Shown here one piece after another: positions 39,200 to 52,494 of a stretch of 64,000 nt of DNA; position 1 is the stretch's first letter, and the number at the start of each line of letters is the position of its first letter. The notes beneath the pieces are model-generated. The model was not told where the DNA came from. It saw nothing but the letters and a program-made list of their open reading frames with translations, and made no database searches. The position numbers and the translations under genes are program-made. The stretch is from Eledone cirrhosa (Eukaryota): NCBI GenBank assembly GCA_964016885.1, contig OZ024756.1, positions 17,360,001 through 17,424,000 on the forward strand, in the 5' to 3' direction.

Positions 39200-40435
39200 T
39201 GAGTATATAGTGGAGTGTATATAGTGGAGTGTATATAGTGGAGTGTATATAGTGGAGTGTATATAGTAGAGTATATATAGTGGAGTGTATATAGTGGAGT
39301 GTATATAGTAGAGTATATATAGTGGAGTGTATATAGTGGAGTGTATATAGTGGAGTGTATATAGTAGAGTATATATAGTGGAGTATATATAGTGGAGTGT
39401 ATATAGTGGAGTGTATATAGTAGAGTATATATAGTAGAGTATATATAGTAGAGTATATATAGTGGAGTGTATATAGTGGAGTGTATATAGTAGAGTGTAT
39501 ATAGTAGAGTATATATAGTGGAGTGTATATAGTGGAGTGTATATAGTGGAGTGTATATAGTAGAGTGTATATAGTAGAGTGTATATAGTAGAGTGTATAT
39601 AGTAGAGTGTATATAGTGGAGTGTATATAGTGGAGTGTATATAGTGGAGTGTATATAGTGGAGTGTATATAGTGGAGTGTATATAGTGGAGCGTATATAG
39701 TGGAGTGTATATAGTGGAGTGTATATAGTAGAGTATATATAGTGGAGTGTATATAGTGGAGTGTATATAGTAGAGTATATATAGTGGAGTGTATATAGTA
39801 GAGTATATATAGTAGAGTGTATATAGTAGAGTATATAGTGGAGTGTAAATAGTGGAGTGTATATAGTGGAGTATATAGTGGAGTGTATACAGTAGAGTAT
39901 ATATAGTGGAGTGTATATAGTGGAGTGTATATAGTAGAGTATATATAGTGGAGTGTATATAGTGGAGTGTATATAGTGGAGTGTATATAGTAGAGTATAT
40001 ATATAGTGGAGTGTACATAGTGGAGTGTATATAGTGGAGTGTATGTAGTGGAGTGTATATAGTGAAGTGTATATAGTGGAGTGTATATAGTAGAGTATAT
40101 ATAGTGGAGTGTATATAGTAGAGTATATATAGTAGAGTGTATATAGTGGAGTGTATATAGTGAAGTGTTTATAGAGTGGACTGCATACAGTGGAGTATAT
40201 AAAGAGAGTGGAGTGTATATATAGTGAGTGCATACAGTGAAGTATATATAGTAGAGTGTATACAGATATATGTGAATATAGAGTGGGTTGTATATAGAGA
40301 GGAGTGTATATAGAGTGGAGTGTATATAGAGTGGAGTGTATATAGAGAGGAGTGTATATAGTGGAGTGTATATAGAGTGGAGTGAATATAGTGGAGTGCA
40401 ATCAGTAGAATATATATAGAATGGAATGTATATAA
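39200..40435. repeat. 14-bp minisatellite (GTATATAGTGGAGT)n
   Basis: Direct inspection. Confidence 0.95.
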
Positions 40436-41099
40436 GGGTAGTAGTGTAGTGGTGGTGGTGATGGCGGTGGTGTAGTGGCGGCGATGATGGCGGTGGTGTA
40501 GTGGTGGTGGTGATGGCGGTGGTGTAGTGGTGGTGGTGATGGCGGTGGTGTAGTGGTGGTGGTGATGGCGGTGGTGTAATGGTGGTGGTGATGGCGGTGG
40601 TGTAGTGGTGGTGGTGATAGCGGTGGTGTAGTGGTGGTGGTGTTGGCGCTGGTGTAGTGGTGGTGGCGCTGGTGTAGTGGTTGGGGTGATAGCGGTGGTG
40701 TAGTGCTGGTGGTATTTGCAGTGGTGATGGTGGTGGCGTCAGTAGCTGGAGTGGTGGTGGTGGTGGTGGTGATGGTGACAGTGGTGGTGGTGTAGCAGTG
40801 GTAGTAGTGGTGGTAGTGGTAGTGGTAGTAGTAGTAGTAGTAATAATTGTTTCTACTTTAGGCACAAGGCCAGCAATAACCCAGTACATTACTGGTACTT
40901 TATTTTATCGACCCCGTAAGGATGAAAGGCAAAGTCAACCTCGGCGGGATTTGAACTCAGATCGTAAGGGGACGTAACTATGCTGGAAAGCATGGCGTCC
41001 GACTCTCTACTGATACTGCCAATCTACCGGTAGTAGTAGTAGTAGTAGTGATGATGGTACAGTCAGTTCATTCAGTCAAAATTCCATTCAGTTGAGCAA

Positions 41100-41596
41100 C
41101 TACTTCCTCCACCACCTCCTCTACTTCCTCCTCCACCACCACCACCACCACCTCCTCCAGTCCTCCACCACCTCCTCCTCTACTTCCTCCACCACCTCCA
41201 CCACCTCCACCACCTCCTCCAGTCCTCCACCACCTCCTCTACTTCCTCCTCCACCACCATCACCACCACCTCCTCCAGTCCTCCACCACCTCCTCCTCCT
41301 CTACTTCCTCCACCACCACCTCCTCCAGTCCTCCACCATCACCTCCTCCACTACCACCTCCTCTACTTCCGCCACCACCGCCACCACCACCATCACCTCC
41401 TCCACCATCACCTCCTCCACTTCCTCCACCACCACCTCCACCTCCACCTCCACCACCCATCCACCTCCACCTCTACTACCTCCTCCTCCTCTTCCTCCTC
41501 CTCCTGGTCTATCGATCACTTGTTCATGTTTCTATTGTTTACCGTCGATGGTGCTACTGTTATTTCCGTTGTTGATCTCACCATCGCCATCTTCTG

Positions 41597-41657
<61 letters not shown>

Positions 41658-42165
41658 TACTACCACTACCATTACCACTACTACTACTACCACTACCACT
41701 ACTACCACTACCACTACTACTACCACTACAACTACTACTACCACTACTACCACTACCACTAATACTACCACTACCACTACTACCACTACCACTACTACTA
41801 CTACTACCACTACAACTACTACTACCACTACTACCACTACCACTACTACTACCACTACCACTACTACCACTACCACTACTACTACCACTACCACTACTAC
41901 CACTACAACAACAACAACTACTACTACCACCACCACCACCATTCCTACTGCCACTATTACTACTGCTACTACTACTACCACTACTACTACTACTACCACT
42001 ACAACAACAACTACTACCACTACAACAACAACTACTACTACTACCACTACAACAACAACTACTACTACTACCACAACAACAACTACTACTACTACTACTA
42101 CTACTACTATTACCACCACCACCACCATTCCTACTACCACTATTACTACTGCTACTACTACTACC

Positions 42166-42220
<55 letters not shown>

Positions 42221-43103
42221 TCCTACTACTACCACTACTACTACAAACACAACTACTATTATTACTACCACTATTATTACTGCTGCTACTACTACTACCA
42301 CTATTACTTCTGCTGCTGCTACTACTACCACCACTACTACTATGATTACTACAACTACTACTATTACCACCACCACCACCACAACTACTACTACCATTAT
42401 CACTGCTGCTGCTACTAGTACTACTACAACTACCACAACTACTGTTACAACTAGCACAATTACTACTACTACTACAACCATTAATACAACTACTACTACT
42501 GCCACCATAACTACTACCACCAACACAACTACTACGACTACTACCACCACTACCAGCACCACCACCACCACCACTACTACCACCACCACCACCACCACCA
42601 CCACGACTACCACCACTACCACCACCATAACTACTACCACCACCACTACTACCACCACCACAACTACTACCACCACCACTACTACTACCACCACCACAAC
42701 TACCACCACCACTACCACCACCATAACTACTACCACCACCACTACTACCACCACCACAACTACTACCACCACCACTACTACCACCACCACAACTACCACC
42801 ACCACTACTACCACCAGCACTACTACCACCACCACCACTACTACCACTACCACCACTACTACCACCACCACTACTACTACCACCACCACTACTACTACCA
42901 CCACTACTACCACCACCACAACTACTACCACCACCACTACTACCACCACCACTACTACCACCACCACCACTACTACCACCACCACCACTACTACCACCAC
43001 CACAAATACCGCCACCACTACTACTACCACCACTACTACCACCACCACAACTACGACCACCACCACTACTACTACCACCACTACTACCACCACCACCACT
43101 ACT
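41100..43103. repeat. (CCT/CCA/CTA)n mixed trinucleotide arrays
   Basis: Direct inspection. Confidence 0.95.
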
Positions 43104-43208
43104 AAGTTCCCATGACTGGATCGGCCAGTTGCTGAGGTGTAACTCAGATGTGTCCATCATGGCATTTCAATGGTATGGTCCTTAGAAATACTTTATGGTG
43201 GCCATCTT

Positions 43209-43612
43209 CTCTCCAAGCCTGCAGCCCTTCTCCAAGCCTGCAGCCCTTCTCCAAGCCTGCAGCCCCTCTCTAAACCTGCAGCTCCTCTTCAAGCCTGCAG
43301 TTCTTCTCCAAGCCTCCAGCCTCTCTGTAAGTTTAGCCAGCCATCATAAGCAATTCTCGAGGTTTGGCTGAAAAAATGTCCCGAAACCAAAAGTGAGAGT
43401 CAAGTGAGGACCTGTGTACCCGACCATCCCTAAAGATAATGCTGTCAGACATCAAGGAATTATCTCTACCCGGCCATCCATAAGGATGGTACTGTCAGAC
43501 ATCAAGGAATTCTGTACCCGACTATTCCTGTAGATGGCACTACCAGACATCAAGGAATTCTCTACCCGACTATTCCTGTAGATGGCACTACCAGACATCA
43601 AGGAATTCTCTC
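43209..43612. repeat. 19-bp (TCTCCAAGCCTGCAGCCCT) and 48-50 bp (…CAGACATCAAGGAATT…) short tandem arrays
   Basis: About 6 copies at 43209-43325 and 4 copies at 43415-43612. Confidence 0.85.
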
Positions 43613-44194
43613 TGCCTGAACACCACGGTGTTGAGATAATGTTATTTCAAATCCTGGATAATGATACGTTCGATATTGCAACATGTATGTATGGCCCCGT
43701 AACTCCTGATAGAGACGTAGGGGCGCCGTATTGACATACGGCGATTCTTGAGCATTTTTAGAGTCTGGCAGAGAGCCCGTCCCTCTCCAGACCTAAGTAC
43801 AGCAGATTTCTTTCAGAGAAAGGTAGAAAGTAAGAGAGAGAGGAAGAATCGACTCCAGTACTAGACTGGTACATTTTTATCGACATCGAAAGGATGAAAG
43901 ACAAAGTTGACCTCGGCGGGATTTGAGAGCAGAGAGCCGGAACAAATACCACAAATCATTCTATCTGATGTTCTAACGACTCTACCATTCTATCTGATGT
44001 TCTAACGACTCTACCATTCTATCTGATGTTCTAACAACTCTACCATTCTATCTGATGTTCTAACGACTCTGCCAATTCCCCACCTATATTGCAATAATGT
44101 GTCTTCAAATCACTTTTTCAAAAGAACATTAGATAATGTTATGTCTAGCATTGAAATAATATTTCTTTAAATCACTTCGCTCTATTCTGAAAGG

Positions 44195-46424
44195 AAGTGG
44201 CGGCTCGTGACTAAAATTAGTGGGGGTGCTGCTTCAGAAATGTTTAGCTATTGTTTTAAGATTGTGTAAAACGAAACAAACATATAAAATGAAAATTTAT
44301 ACATAAACTTGATAAAATCCTAAACGAAAACGTTATTTTTTACTTACTAATAAATTGTTGCAGTTCAAGCTTATCCATTCTTCTTGTTTTACTTTGGGCG
44401 AAAAGGTCAATAATTTTCTCCTTGATCTCTGGATGACTGTTGAGGAAATCTGTCTCCATGTGAAAGCACTGTAAGTGTATTTAGTCTTTTAGGATTCATA
44501 ATGTTCATTAGAAAAGTTTTTATTCTTTCAGTGTTGAAAAACAGCATTCTGGCTCTGATGCAGTCATGGGAATTGTCATGAAGATTTTTTATAAGTTTCG
44601 TAATTTCACTTAGAACACAATCTAAGAGCCCCGCGGGGTGGGGTGACTGTTGCAGCTGGAATGCTCGTACCGACTTGTCTGCGGGGCGCAGCCCCTTTAC
44701 TGCAGCGCCCTAGGCCCAGAGCCCATCACCCTCCCTCTTCCTCCCCCCTACTCTTCTGTGACACTAGATCCCTCGCCTTTCCCTTCCTTTTCCGTTTTTT
44801 TATTTATATTTTCTTATTTTTCTTTCTATTCTTTCTTCAACTAAAATATTATTTTAAAAAAGTAAACGAAGTATAATTTTCCAGCCCAATTAATTTGCAA
44901 TATTCAATAGAATATTTTTAGTTCAGTTTCAAGCTTTTCTTTGTCAATCATGGGATATGCTTCAGTGGTCAGTATCATCTCTTCTGTTGGCAGCTCATTC
45001 TTAAAACTAGTGAAACTTTTCTTGTTGAACAAGAAGTGCTTAGTGGAAGAGTATCTGTCCATTATATCAACACATATGCAGTCATACACTTCCTTTGCTT
45101 CTGCCATTAGTGTCTTTCAAGGATTCTCACAGTACTTCGAGTTTCTTATTTCTAAAATAGCAGTTTTGAAATCTGTTATATATTCCTTGACTTTAAACAT
45201 ACTAATTTCTCGAGATAGCATTTGGTTGTAAATTACTTCAACATGAGGTATAATCTGACGAAAAATATGAAATTATCATCATTCAGGCATTTTAAAATCC
45301 CTGTTGCTTCTGCAATGGTTTGATCTGTATTTGATGTTGACTGGATTTCAGTAAGGCAGCCTTTTAAAGGTTGTAAATTTTCATGAACTCTGTTCACGGT
45401 CCGTATGTTAAAGTTCCACCTTGTAGAGGATGGATGGGAAATGCTGACGTCCATATGCTTCTTGAAAATGGATATATGTTGTTGTGATCTTGAGAAGAAT
45501 GTTGGAGTAGCCAAAATATTAGAGAAAAATATTCTTGCGTTCCGTGTAATAATTGGTGCATAAAATTTCACGTTTCTTTTTAACCTTCATGTTATGTTCA
45601 TTGATTGTTGAAGTTTCTCCCTAATATTTGTTTCCCTAAGTGTGATAGTGAAACCACATTTCAACATGCTTCTTTGACTTCTCAGGTTTTTCAGTTTTTT
45701 CTTTCTTGTTTATATTTCTAAAACTGTCTTTTGTCCATGTTACATCAACTTTAAACAGCAAACACGGGAAACAAAACATTGCATTTTCCCCTTCACAGTC
45801 GCAGAGCCAACTTTTCGTTGGTACAATTCAGGATTAAAGCTACGAATATAAATCTTGTTGCTTATTCAGGGTTATATATTTGAATATCAAGTGTTGAACG
45901 GCCTCTTTTCTTAACAGTAACTTTCTCATGGAGAGACAACTGTTAACACTTAAGCTGTTGAAGTTCACTTGCTGTCACATAACTTATTTCTTGGAGATGC
46001 AAGGAGGTCATGGTTAAACTATTTAAATTAAATAGAATAGCTGGAAGCATTCATCTACAGTTTATCACATCCAAGAATATGGTACATGGCACAACACACG
46101 CTGAGTCAAAATAAACATTACCTTACACTTGGACAACATGGTCGGCATAGCATGAGCGACAGTGCTCTCTCTAACCAGCGTCTGCGCATGTGCACAACAG
46201 CCAAACACCGCATCGCTGGAACTGTGAAAGACAGTTCCATACAAGGAGTTTTGTAATTTTTCATGAACGAGGGGTTGGCTACGGACATTAAACGTAAGGG
46301 TTATATAATATACAAGTATAAAAAAAAAAGGACACATTATATTGAATGTTATCGATAATATTAAGTGAAAATAGGGCTGCTGCAGTTCTGCAGTTCTGCA
46401 GTGTCTATACACGAGGTCCTACTG
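44195..46424 (-). mobile_element. Internally deleted, decayed hAT DNA transposon
   Basis: TIR remnants AAGTGGCGGCTCGTG / CACGAGGTCCTACTG; 8-bp TSD remnant CTGAAAGG/TTCAAAGG. TTF-like zinc finger (WLCDC..MFCFPCLLF, ~45750-45815), TRWNFNIR, and hATC-like TIPMTASEPECCFSTLKRIKTFL (~44510-44580). Many stops. Confidence 0.85.
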
Positions 46425-46827
46425 TTCAAAGGAATATTAGATAACGCTAGGACCAGTATTCAGATAACATTTTCTTAAAAATATACAAATAGAAAATTAT
46501 ATTAGTATATAATGCTATGTCCTATAGTGTAATAGTGTTTCTATTGTTACTTCTTTACTAAAAGCTATTGACGATGATGATACTACTACTACTACTACTG
46601 CTGCTGTTGCTGCTGCTGCTACTACTACTACTACTACTGCTGCTGTTGCTGCTGCTGCTACTACTACTACTACTACTACTCATCCTCCTCGCTCTGATCG
46701 ACCAACAAGGTCCCAGGTATAGCCTTCATTATGTAAAATCTACCCATTTTGCCCATTTCTCTCCGTTTTGGGGCACCTTTTTTCATGGTACTCCCCGTTT
46801 GGGTTTTTAGAGGTTGGTAGGTCTGTA

Positions 46828-47520
46828 ATCCGGTCTCTGCATTAAGTTTCCTGTAACTAGGCCCCCTGTCTAGTTCGACTATGCATATCATAAATGTGTG
46901 GTCAGAATAGGTGACCGCTTTCAATTGAGGACACCTTACACTATCCCTATCTGCTAACCTAATAAAAAAAAAATCTAAATACGTTCTAGACCAGCAGTCA
47001 CCAACCTTTCGGACCTCATCGACCACTAAATTCATAATTTTAAATCCTGCGGACCACTAATATGAATTAAAAAATAAATACATTTTTAAAATAATGATCA
47101 GAGAACTTTCATTTTATTAAACAATACTGAAGTGTACGTGTGTCATTGTTGATAGATGATACATATGTGTAACATTCTTTCATGGATGTTAGTTCTTTAC
47201 TGTGTAACCCATACTAGCGTGGAAGATGGACGTTAAACGAAGATGATGATGATGATGATGAAACATTTTTTAGGGGTGTTATAAAATATATTTTAACCGA
47301 ATATTATTTTAATTTTATCATTAATGAAACATAAAAATTGCAAATAATGTCAAAATTTTTCTGCGGACCACCTGCTAGCGACTGTTGCTCTAGATTACTC
47401 TATGAGATTGCTCCGAGTCTACACTGGTACATTCAGAAAATCTAGTCGGTACCTGTCAAACAGTTGGAATCGTTTGAGCAAGTTCTTGAGGCTTTTGCAT
47501 CCTCTGTTTCCATCAGCTAA
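46828..47520 (-). mobile_element. Tx1/L1 AP-endonuclease fragment interrupted by a hAT MITE (46992-47387)
   Basis: CKSLKNLLKRFQLFDRYRLD | RTYLD...CPQLKAVTYSDHTFMICIVELDRGPSYRKLNA. MITE TSD TTCTAGAC/CTCTAGAT. Related fragment at 57297-57425(+). Confidence 0.75.
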
Positions 47521-48910
47521 CCTCACACAGTCCTAGACCTACCAACCTTTAAAAACCCAAACGGGGAGTACCATGAAAAAAAATGCCCCGAAACGGGGAG
47601 AAATGAGGCAAAATGGGGAGATTTTACATAATGAAAGCTATACCCATTTTCACAAGAGAAGACATCTCTCACTTACCCCAAAGTGGGTGGGAGACCTCCC
47701 CGTCGGACAGGGAGAGTTGATAGGTGTGCAGTCCCAGCCTGCTACCAAGATGCTGTTCCAGGACCACCAACTTACCGTCCAAGATCATCCGTACCTCAAA
47801 ATCCAGGCACTTCCTAATTAGCCTTACCACTCCGCTCCCCATTCCAAGCTACCTAAGAAATGCGTAGACGTCAAAATCGACTCAAAATGGGAACTAATGC
47901 GCATTTATTGGGAATCCTGGTTTCACACCTATAGTTAGTGACCTGAGGTCATTCAGCAAGCGACCCAGCTTCCAGGATGACCTCAGGCCACGTACATTTT
48001 ATACAACCTACTCTTAAAATAACAATGTTGGCTGGAAAGAGTTAAGAGAAATAAAGAGGCCACTTACCCACCCGCTGCTCTCGGTGTTTGGGTGGTTCGG
48101 CCTCTATATCTGGTTGGGGTTCCTCTGGGAACCCTTTTAAAAAACCCATTGGTGGCTTTTACATTAGGGGTTCCCATGTCGTAGAAGAAGCTCTCTCTAA
48201 TGTGCTTATATGACTCGAGAGACAAGCACACCTTTAGAAGCGTTTGTGGACACTTGCCCACAATCCTATTACTACTACAGGTGGTGATGGTCACAACCAC
48301 CACATTACACACTACACCACAGCCATACCACTACCCCACACCACTGTATAGTAACCCATGTTGTTTTTCAATAAGCTGACCTAGAAAGACTTAACCAGTT
48401 TTACAACCAATCAAAGACACTGATCGATCAAACCTCTTTCTTTACAGATACAAGCACTCTCTCTCTCTATATATATATATCTTTACATCTCTTGTCTCTC
48501 GATCAAACCTCTTTCTTTACAGATACAAGCACTCTCTCTCTCTATATATATATATATAATCTTTACATCTCGTCTCTTTATCTCTTTCATTCTTTCTCTG
48601 CCTCCTCTCTCTCTCTCTTCTAGACTGCAGCTGAGAAGGCATGAGTAATGTTGTCCTGTTGTCTGATAGATGGCAGCACCTGACTGCTAACTCTTCCTCA
48701 CACACCCGCTAACTTGCCCCATCTCTTTATTTTTTACCTTCTTACACATTTGTAGTCCTCCTCTTCCTCATCTAGGTAACAACTGCACAAAACAATTAGT
48801 TTTCACCGTCTACACTCCAAGTTCAAATCCCACCATCTTGAAACTCACCCACATCATTAGTAAGTTTTAATTAATTATGTAAAAGCTGCACCAGTTACAA
48901 GAATTTGGTT

Positions 48911-48943
<33 letters not shown>

Positions 48944-49240
48944 ATCATATTTATATACTTAGAGAGAGAGAGAAATCCGTTTTCAAATATAAAAACTGGA
49001 AAGATGTAGGCGAAAAAGTTATATCAGCTCAAAATATATTTAAAATTAACAGTGTTTGGTAATATATTTAACATATATATATATATATATATACATATAT
49101 ACACACACATATACATTTGCTATTTTCCATCTCATCGCTGTTTTTGTTTCATTCCTCTTGCCTTACTAACAATAAAATAAATTAGCAATTGGAAAGACCA
49201 ATAGAAACATTGCTTCCTCGGTCCAATTTAACGGAAGTCG

Positions 49241-49271
<31 letters not shown>

Positions 49272-49559
49272 CATCATCATTCATAGTCTATATTCCATGC
49301 TAGCATGAGTCGGACGGGCTGTCCCTTTATGAGAGATCTGATCGGAGAACCGAGTTTCGCTCACGCAGGGCCGATTTTGGCTCGAATGCCTTTCCTAACG
49401 CCAACCATATATTATATATATATTGAAGCTTTCGTTGTATTTTTAACTAGAGAAAATAGTTTAATAATAACAAAAATATCCTGGCAGCCGACTTCCGAAT
49501 AAGTAGTAGTCCTCCGCACCTGCTACCAGGAACACATCTGGGGTTCTCCTCTCTAGAGA

Positions 49560-51232
49560 GAGTTGCATCCTTGTAAGATGGAAAGAATACGTTGATCTTC
49601 TAACCCCAGTCACATATTTTGATGTACATAAGTTGCATCAGGGAGAAATGATTAACCTCTCGGAAGCTGAGGTCACAAGAGCAATCAAAGAGCTCAAATG
49701 GGGCAAGGCCTCTGGGAGATGAGAGATTTGGCCTGAGATATTAAAAGCCTTAAATAGAGACAGTATTCTCTGGCTGACTCATGTGCAATGGGTGGTCTAG
49801 ATCTTTGGAAAGGCACCAAAGCAATGGTAATTGGGAGTGATAATTCCAATTTTCAAAAAGAAAGACAAGAGAGATTGTTCTATTCATAGGGGGATCTCCT
49901 TGTTAAGACTCCCCACTAAAGTCTATGTTACTTGTCTGGCAAAGAGATATAGGGATATTGTTGAGTCCAAGCTAGCTGATGAACAGTGTGGTTTCACCTC
50001 AGATGTAGCACAGCCAACCAAATATTCACAGTGGCAGGTCTTGGTAAGAGGTGTATGCTTGCTTCGTAGACTTCAAAAAGGCATACGATTGCATTCTATG
50101 GGACCTGTTGTGGAAGGTTCTGCAGGGATCGATGGATAGCTTCTTGCTGCCCTGATGCTTCTATATGAATGGCCTAGTATGTGTGTTCAGATGAATGGTG
50201 CTGTGGGTATGGACTCCGACAAAGATGTGTAGTCACCTCTTGTTTACAATCATTATGGACAGGATTGACATGCGCAGACTGGTTGGAAGCGGTATCAAGA
50301 CTGGCAGATGTAGGATCAATCAGTTGGATTGTGGTACCATTTAACTTGTCACAAGGGGATCTCAGACTTGCACTTGATAGAAAGACAGACACTCATCTTG
50401 GGAAGTCTGTGCAGTCCACTTTACATGTGAGTGGAGTTACTCTGAAGCAGGTAGAGAAGTTCAAGCATCTCAAGGCCATGTTCAGGAGTGATGGAAGATA
50501 GGAGGCTGAATTGCAGGAGTTGGTGCAGTAATGTGCCAACTTCAGCATTCAATCATGAAGTGTAAAAGTCAAACCCACAATAATCAATTCAGTGTTTGTG
50601 CCAACCCTTACCTATGGTCATGAATCTTGGGTAATGACCAAAAGAATACAAGCAGCTGAAATGTGGTTCCTCCGAAAGGTTATTGGAGTAACGTTACTTG
50701 ATAAGGTACTTTAGCTTGGAGATTAACCCTTCAATGGTCAAACCGGCCAGAATTCTCTACCTTTTTCCGTTGAAACTGGCTGTAACTGGTCACTCAAACT
50801 GATGTTAAGGTATTGTTCTCAAAATAAATACTTTCAAAATCTCATAGATTCGAAATTATGTGAGATAATTATGCGAGGTAAAGCCTTTACCACGAAAATA
50901 TAATAGTAATGTGAATGCTAAAGGGTTAAGGAGTCACTCCAGGTAGAGCCACTACTTCTCAGAATTGAGGGATCACAGCTCCAATATTACAGACATGTAA
51001 TTAGAATGTCTCAGGAAAAAATTGCTGAACAGATTTTACAGGCAAAACCAACAGGTAGGAGACCCAGGTGTAGACCCTGAGCAAAATGGTTGGATAACAC
51101 CCATGAGCTTGGCTGGTCTCGTTTGGGGATCTAACCGGATCAGTTGGAGATGGTTGCTTCTGAAAGGACCTGCTGGAAGGAGTGTTTGAGGGACCCTCAA
51201 TGACCCTCCCAGGAATAAGTGGGCGAAGAAGA
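49560..51232 (+). mobile_element. Decayed RTE LINE (RT to 3' end) interrupted by a piggyBac-like MITE
   Basis: EAEVTRAIKELKWGKASG; GVIIPIFKKKDKRDCSIHRGISLL; DEQCGF; LKQVEKFKHL; 3' end GGAATAAGTGGGCGAAGAAG. Many frameshifts. Confidence 0.9.
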
Positions 51233-51334
51233 TTTTTAACATAGGGAAAGGTCAAACATTCTTGAGGAGAGTATAGTCAAGTAGATCACCACCACCATCA
51301 CGTCATAACCCCAATATTTAGGTACCCCCTAGAG

Positions 51335-51642
51335 CAGTGGTTCCCAACCTTTTGTGCCTCATACCCCATCTCAAACATTTTTATGCCCCACTTTGATATA
51401 AAAACAGCAATGATTACTACAAAGTGTCAACAAATTGGCATATGGGTTATGTCAGATGCACAATAATGTGTGGAGGAGGTGAGACAAGAATTTCTGACAG
51501 TAATTTGTTCCAAAGTTGCCTTGGTGTAAAATTAATAAAGTGAAATCTGAATTTGCTCTCATTAACATCATTTTCAAATTACCCCCCTTGAATATTCAAA
51601 TTGGTACCCTGTGGAGCATGTGCCCCACGTTAAGAATCACTG
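51335..51642. mobile_element. hAT-Charlie-like MITE
   Basis: CAGTGGTTCCCAACCT...TTAAGAATCACTG with TSD remnant CCCTAGAG/CCTTAGTG. Confidence 0.75.
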
Positions 51643-52138
51643 CCTTAGTGGGAAGAAGGCCAGAATTCAACTTGGCATAACTAAATACAAGACATTTTCA
51701 TCTGCTGTTTAACCAACACTGCCAGCAATTACCCAGTGCATTACTGGTACTTCATTTTATTGACCCCGTAAGGATGAAAGGCAAAGTTAACCTCGGCGAG
51801 ATTTAAACTCAGTCCGTAAAGGGACGTAACTATGCTGCAAAGCATAGCGTCCGACCCTCTACCGATACTGCCAATCCACCGCCAAACAAATAAAATAATG
51901 TACATTATATAGCAAGTCATGATGTAAGGTATATTGAGTAAAAGAAGACGTTTTTAATGAAGTGAGGTAATAAAAACAGATGCAAAATTTTCACTGTAAT
52001 TATTTTATTTTTATTTCATTCATGTTACAAACTGACTGGTCTGAAAATTTAAACTGAATTATTAAACCCAACAAACAAAAAACAACAAAAATTTGTTAAT
52101 CAACCAATCATGACTATACATACATATATATACACACG

Positions 52139-52171
<33 letters not shown>

Positions 52172-52173
<2 letters not shown>

Positions 52174-52494
52174 CATCATCATTTTACGTCCACTTTTCCC
52201 TGCTTGCAAGAGTGGGACGGGAACTGATTCTGGCTTGATTTCTACAGCTGGATGCCCTTCCTAACACCAACCTCATTTACAGTGAGTGCTGGGTGCTTTT
52301 TTGCCGTGGCACCTCCACGACCACTTTACAGTGGAATGATAGGGACCCCAGTCCCTATCATCTCATTTCTACAACTGAGTAAACTGGAGCAATGTGAAAT
52401 AACGTGTCTTGCTCAAGGAAACAACACATCACCCAGTCTGAGAATTGAACTCACAACCTTTTGATTGCAAAGCCAATGCTCTAACCACTAAACC
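52172..52494 (-). mobile_element. tRNA-derived SINE with RTE-like (ATG)n tail (second family)
   Basis: Head GGCTTAGTGG...GAGTTCAATTC (A/B boxes), core GTTTCCTTGAGCAAGACAC, tail GGACGTAAAATGATGATG. Copies at 53473-53808, 58348-58677, 61390-61724 (all -); 3' halves at ~58860-59067 and ~61907-62114 (+). Confidence 0.85.

Noticed and set aside
43415-43612. 48-bp repeat encoding YPTIPVDGTTRHQGIL units
   Set aside because: One unit is 50 bp, which breaks frame, and there is no start or splice context.
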